DNA from: a virus
Direction: 5' to 3' (one strand)
Length of the DNA stretch: 64,000 bases
Virus record (IMG/VR): IMGVR_UViG_3300033145_001156
Coordinates: 32,001 to 96,000 of that record
Translations under genes and position numbers: made by a program
Shown: positions 59,768-64,000 of the stretch, in pieces
Layout: each line of letters begins with the position of its first letter
Position numbering within the stretch: position 1 is the first letter of the stretch
The notes under the pieces: model-generated
Told to the model about the DNA's origin: nothing
Databases searched by the model: none
What the model saw: the letters and a program-made list of their open reading frames with translations, nothing else

Positions 59768-60705
59768 TACTCCAGGTAGGCATGACGTCGTTCTCGCCGC
59801 AGCATGGCTACGGGAGGATAGAGGAACCCATGGTTGACGCGCTAGCGGCGGCTGGCGCGACCATCCTGAAAGACCATGAATTCGGCTGGAATTATAGACT
59901 TTTATGGGGTTATCCCCATGCATATATTATTTCTAAGAGCGGTTACGGTGATGACATCATACTTCATACCATGTTCGAGTTCCCGACCTTGCCCAAGCAT
60001 TGGCCCGGTTTGTACAACCGGTACCGCTTGCTGTGGTTGCCGACGACTTGGTGCGAGGAGGTCTACAGGGACAACGGTGTGACAGCCGACATCATGGTGA
60101 GCGGCTACGGGATAGACGAGGAAGACTTCCCGGAGCTGACAAGGGAGCGGGAGGCGCACGACCACCCGTTCACGTTCCTGGCGGTGGGGCACCAGTTCAC
60201 CGACAGGAAGGGTTCGCACCTGGCGCTGGAGGCATTCATGAAGTTGGGGCTGAAGGACGCCAGGCTGCTGCTCAAGATCCGGGACCCGATGGTCAAGAGC
60301 ATCTCCGGGGATTTCAAGGGAGAGGTCGTGGTCGTCGGCGGGTTCCTGGGCAACAACGACTACTGGAACCTGCTCGCCATGAGTGATGTGCTCGTCTACC
60401 CCCACTGGGGGGAGGGGTTCGGGCTGATCCCCTTGGAGTACGGTCGGACGGGACTACCAGGGATCGTCACCGACTACTCAGGGCCGAGGGACTACCTGAA
60501 CGACGAGTGTTGGCTGAGGTTGGAGATGAGGAAGGGCAAGCCCGACGTGGAGCAGCTGATGGCGCAGATGCTCTGGTGTTATGAGCACCAGGACGACGTG
60601 CGCCGGATGGGGCGGAGCGCCGCGAAGTACGTGGCCGAGGAATACACGTGGGAGGCTTCCGGGCGCAAGGCGTATCGGAAGCTGAAGGAAAAACTAGGAG
60701 GTTAA
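59764..60705 (+). CDS. GT4-like glycosyltransferase
   Basis: HGYG, TMFE, DRKG and YPHWGEGFGLIPLE...G motifs. Confidence 0.88.
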   Translation: MILQVGMTSFSPQHGYGRIEEPMVDALAAAGATILKDHEFGWNYRLLWGYPHAYIISKSGYGDDIILHTMFEFPTLPKHWPGLYNRYRLLWLPTTWCEEVYRDNGVTADIMVSGYGIDEEDFPELTREREAHDHPFTFLAVGHQFTDRKGSHLALEAFMKLGLKDARLLLKIRDPMVKSISGDFKGEVVVVGGFLGNNDYWNLLAMSDVLVYPHWGEGFGLIPLEYGRTGLPGIVTDYSGPRDYLNDECWLRLEMRKGKPDVEQLMAQMLWCYEHQDDVRRMGRSAAKYVAEEYTWEASGRKAYRKLKEKLGG

Positions 60706-60709
60706 AACT

Positions 60710-61258
60710 ATGCCAGGAGGCGGAATACGTGCCTCAACGCCTGACGAACTCTTTTTCGATCAGGGTTCGATCACGTTCGAGGGCACGGAGATAGGAGCTA
60801 CGGTTGGGCCTACCACCTGGAGGATCGTGAAAGAAGACTACATCCCGGACCTCTGCGGAGCGAAGGGGGAGATCAGGGGCACCAAGTACCGGGTGAAGGA
60901 GGAGGCGTTCCTGCAGGTCACCATGACTGCATGGCTGCTGACCAACCTGAGCTGGGCAGTGTTCGGGATCGATGTGTCTTCGGACGTATCTTCCGAGGTG
61001 ATGGGTTCGGTCGTCGGGGCGTCGAGTTCGGAGGTTGGCTGCATCGCCGACGAGTACTACGGGACCGTGCGGTTCAAGGGGACGGACTGCAACGGGTTCG
61101 ACACCACGATCTACCTGATGAACGCGGAGGTCGAGGGAGACCTTGAGGTCGCGTTCCCCGGCGTGAGTGAGGTGCAGTACACCGTGACGTTCAAGGCGAC
61201 GTATGCTGCGGCGCACCCGACGGTTCGACCGTGGCAGGTCATACGCGAGATTGCGTGA
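60710..61258 (+). CDS. Major tail tube protein
   Basis: IGAT.G, IYLMNA and YTVTFKA; upstream of chaperones and tape measure. Confidence 0.7.
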   Translation: MPGGGIRASTPDELFFDQGSITFEGTEIGATVGPTTWRIVKEDYIPDLCGAKGEIRGTKYRVKEEAFLQVTMTAWLLTNLSWAVFGIDVSSDVSSEVMGSVVGASSSEVGCIADEYYGTVRFKGTDCNGFDTTIYLMNAEVEGDLEVAFPGVSEVQYTVTFKATYAAAHPTVRPWQVIREIA

Positions 61259-61294
61259 TAAAAAAGAGGGGCTTTCGAATCTCCGAAAGCCCCT
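61259..61294. terminator. Hairpin after the tail tube gene; A-run upstream gives a U tract on the - strand
   Basis: AGGGGCTTTCG-AATCTC-CGAAAGCCCCT. Confidence 0.55.
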
Positions 61295-61315
61295 ACCATG
61301 AAAGGAGACTGAGGA

Positions 61316-61738
61316 GTGACTGAGGAACTGAAGAAGTTGGCAGAGGAAGGGCTGGACCTGGACGGGCTCGTCCCGGAGGTCACCATCAGGTACAGGGGGG
61401 AGGAATACCCGATCAAGTACCTGACGCCGATAGAGGAGGTGCAGGTCCAGCGGCTGAGCAAGAAGCTGTCCTGGACGATCAAGAAGCGCGAGGCCGTGGA
61501 CAAGCTGATCGAGGCTCTGTCCGAGGACGATGACGAGCAGTTCGAAGAGCTCCTGGGCAAGAGTGAGGAGTGGAACGAGAGGATCGCCGACGCCTTCAAC
61601 GACATCGTCAGCATCTCTATCCCGGCCATGAAGGAGGGCATGTCGGACATGCCCTCGGTGCAGATGACGGCCATGAGCACGTTCATCCTGAAGGTGATGG
61701 GGGCCGGACGGGTCCCTCCTCAGCCCGAGAACTCGTAG
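61316..61738 (+). CDS. Tail assembly chaperone (G-like)
   Basis: Acidic helical protein between tail tube and tape measure. Confidence 0.7.
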   Translation: MTEELKKLAEEGLDLDGLVPEVTIRYRGEEYPIKYLTPIEEVQVQRLSKKLSWTIKKREAVDKLIEALSEDDDEQFEELLGKSEEWNERIADAFNDIVSISIPAMKEGMSDMPSVQMTAMSTFILKVMGAGRVPPQPENS

Positions 61739-62025
61739 AGCTGTGCGCCACGCTGATGTGGAACTACGGGTTCTCCGAGAGGGAGTTGGAAAAGATACCT
61801 GCGTGGAGGCAGAAGATATACCTGGAGATGATCCCCCGCCTGGCTGCGGGGGAGGACGCGCGGGCCGTCATGGTCCATCATGATGATCCCAAGCAGTTGC
61901 TGAGGCGGTTGCGGACTCGGGCTGCGGGCGTCTCCAAGAAGCACGAGCTGAAGGCTAGGGACATCGGGAGGCGGTTCATGGACGCATTGAGGATGCACGG
62001 CGCTAAGGTGAGGGGGAAGAAGTAG
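61730..62025 (+). CDS. Tail assembly chaperone extension (T-like, -1 frame); start approximate
   Basis: Overlapping -1 frame ORF (ELVELCATLMWNYGFS...). Confidence 0.5.
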
Positions 62026-64000
62026 TGGCCCAAACGTTCGCGTTCGGCGAGGCCGTCGTGACAATCCGTGGGGACATGCGGGAGCTGGCTGCTGCGCTGG
62101 GTCAGTCGCGCGGCCTTGTCGACGATTTCAAAGAAGAAGCCAAGAGCACCAGCCAACAGGCTGTATCGTCTTTTCAGGCGATCGATGGCGCGGTCGCCGT
62201 GCTCAACGGCGTCCTAGTGGCGGCGGCCAAGAAAGCCGGACAGTTGGCCGACAGTTGGATGTACGCCGCCGGTCGGCTGGAGACGCTGGAGATATCGCTC
62301 CAGAACGTGGGCAAGATGGCTGGATATTCCGAAGATGAACTATTCAAGTACCGCGACGCCATCAAAGCGGCTGGTATTGAGACGAAGGGGGCCACCCAGG
62401 CAACCATCGCGTTCGTCACGTCCCAGCTGGACGTAAGCAAGGCGGCCAAGGTAGCGCGGGTGGCACAGGACTTGGCCGTCATCGCGGGAACCGATTCCAC
62501 CCAGATGTTCAACAGACTGACCCAGGCCATCTCCATGCAGCGCCCGATACTCCTGCGGGCCGCCGGGATAACCACCGGGCTGACCGAGATATACGCGAAG
62601 TTCTCTGAGGAGACTGGCATCGCGGTCAAGGCGATGGACGCGCAGATGAAGAAGACCGCCATGCTCAACTTCATCTTGGAGTACGGCGAGAGGGCGTTCG
62701 GGACCTACGAATCTGCGATGGGTTCCGCGTACAAGCAGATGGGTTCGATGACCCGGTACGCGGAAGAGATGAAGAACGTCTTCGGCGAGCACCTACAGCC
62801 GGTCTTCATGGCACAAGTCAGCGCTCAGAAATTATTCTACAAGACAATGGTGGACCTGCATCCAGTGTTGCAGGGGACCATCGCGCTGACGATGAAGCTG
62901 GGATCCGTGGCGGTCGCTGCAGTGGCTGGAATCAAGGCGCTGTCCCTCGCGATCCCATATTTGACTGGCGGGATGTTGACGCTGACTGGAGCACTGGGAA
63001 TCTTGGCATCTACGGTACTTCCCTTAATCCTCGCCATCGGCGCTTTGACCGCCATATACGTCATCTACAAGAAGCGGGGGGAAGAAGTCACCGCGATGGT
63101 GGAGCGCCAGGAGGAGCGCATGGCGAGCCTGGCGAGGGTCTACGCGCGCGGGGCTGAGGACTACGAGGAGTACATCGCCAAGATGACGCGGCTGGCCATC
63201 GAGGCGGGGAAGGTCCCGTACCAGATCAGCTCCAACACCGAGGAGGCCATGAAGTGGGTAAGGCTCAACCTCGCCATGACGGTCACCGAGTTCAACAACC
63301 TGCGCGACGGCATAGTGGAGACCGCACAAGTCGCACGCGATTTCTCCGAGGGGATGCTGAGCAGCGGGGAGAACATCAAGCTCGCGGCGGAGACCGAGGT
63401 GGAGGCCCAGAAGGACGTGGCGAGGTGGGCAGAGTATGCGACCTCTCAGCGCCTGGCCGGTCTGGCCAAGGAGTGGGACGCGCGGAAGAAGGACCAGGCG
63501 CAGGCCAAGAAGTGGGCCAAGGCGATGTCCGAGGTCTTCGAGAAGGCCCTCGACAGCGCCGCCGAGTACGAGGAGGAGCGCGTCGCGCTGGCGGGCGAGT
63601 CCGACCAGGCCATCGTTGAGTTGGCCGCGCAGTTCGACGAAGAGCGGACGCTGGCCCAGGCCCGGCACCATCAGAACCTGGCCCAGTTGGAGGCCCAGTG
63701 GCAGGCCGACCGCACGGCTGCCGCGGCTGCGGGGGACATGGCGGAGCTGCAGAAGATAGATGCCACGTACCAGCAGGAGTTGGCGAAGCGGCAGGCGAGC
63801 TGGGCCAACAGGACGGCGATGGACCGGCAGGAGCATGCGCTGGACCTGGCTAGATTAGCGGTGGCGAACGCGCAGAAGGCCCACGCCAACGAGGTCGCCA
63901 GGCTGGAGGAGATAACCGCCCTGAAGAAGCAGATGGCCGAGAAGTTCGCCATCGAGTTCATGGCGAGTGACGACTGGCTGAAGATGAGCCAATCGGCCCG
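62025..64000 (+). CDS. Tape measure protein (3'-truncated; absent from the ORF track)
   Basis: GTG overlapping the upstream TAG: MAQTFAFGEAVVTIRGD...ARVAQDLAVIAG...; Ala-rich helical, no stop seen before the window end. Confidence 0.85.
   Translation, partial: MAQTFAFGEAVVTIRGDMRELAAALGQSRGLVDDFKEEAKSTSQQAVSSFQAIDGAVAVLNGVLVAAAKKAGQLADSWMYAAGRLETLEISLQNVGKMAGYSEDELFKYRDAIKAAGIETKGATQATIAFVTSQLDVSKAAKVARVAQDLAVIAGTDSTQMFNRLTQAISMQRPILLRAAGITTGLTEIYAKFSEETGIAVKAMDAQMKKTAMLNFILEYGERAFGTYESAMGSAYKQMGSMTRYAEEMKNVFGEHLQPVFMAQVSAQKLFYKTMVDLHPVLQGTIALTMKLGSVAVAAVAGIKALSLAIPYLTGGMLTLTGALGILASTVLPLILAIGALTAIYVIYKKRGEEVTAMVERQEERMASLARVYARGAEDYEEYIAKMTRLAIEAGKVPYQISSNTEEAMKWVRLNLAMTVTEFNNLRDGIVETAQVARDFSEGMLSSGENIKLAAETEVEAQKDVARWAEYATSQRLAGLAKEWDARKKDQAQAKKWAKAMSEVFEKALDSAAEYEEERVALAGESDQAIVELAAQFDEERTLAQARHHQNLAQLEAQWQADRTAAAAAGDMAELQKIDATYQQELAKRQASWANRTAMDRQEHALDLARLAVANAQKAHANEVARLEEITALKKQMAEKFAIEFMASDDWLKMSQSA

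Noticed and set aside
28608-60705. GT clusters as host capsule/LPS locus or chimeric assembly
   Set aside because: The genes overlap or couple directly with phage structural genes and carry the same palindrome (57326); no wzx/wzy/ABC export genes are present.
1-64000. Genome-wide TAG recoding
   Set aside because: TAG terminates many genes exactly at the next start (portal 37820, chaperone extension 62025); only one suspicious internal TAG was seen.
1-64000. Long minus-strand ORFs (e.g. 36462..37763, 19504..20448, 22637..23488)
   Set aside because: They lie antisense to well-supported high-GC3 genes and have no motifs or RBS.
1-64000. tRNA, rRNA, integrase or diversity-generating retroelement
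   Set aside because: No cloverleaf, recombinase or reverse-transcriptase motifs were recognised by eye; a tRNAscan/Infernal run would be needed to exclude RNAs fully.

Overview
The window is 64 kb of a tailed dsDNA phage or prophage, probably long-tailed, with essentially every real gene on the + strand. From left to right it carries: a replication/regulation arm (SSB-like protein, HTH-only LexA-like repressor, CHC2 primase-like protein, DnaB helicase); many small mosaic ORFs; HNH and LAGLIDADG endonucleases; a lytic transglycosylase; ParB-like plus C5 DNA methyltransferase; terminase; portal; MuF-like protein; prohead protease/scaffold; major capsid; head-tail and tail genes; and a tape measure gene running off the right end. 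The most striking feature is a phage-encoded glycosylation toolkit inside the virion-morphogenesis region. It has about 7 glycosyltransferase-like genes (3 GT4, 2 GT2, GT-D fold, DUF616), a sugar-nucleotide epimerase, several SAM methyltransferases and a sulfotransferase-FkbM fusion. Next to the first cluster lies a ~1180-aa protein with a 598-codon (TSSSS)n Ser/Thr stalk, a candidate mucin-like or SRRP-like glycosylated virion fibre. Other signals: a 12-bp palindrome CTTTGCGCAAAG dispersed as 10 perfect and about 6 near-perfect copies; two HTH-less HigA-like antitoxin mimics; a shared N-terminal YPVGVxYQE motif resembling a capsid-targeting sequence; and a promoter/boxB/boxA/terminator-like leader before the head genes. 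All family calls come from motif recognition by eye; no database searches were run, and the host cannot be determined from this window.
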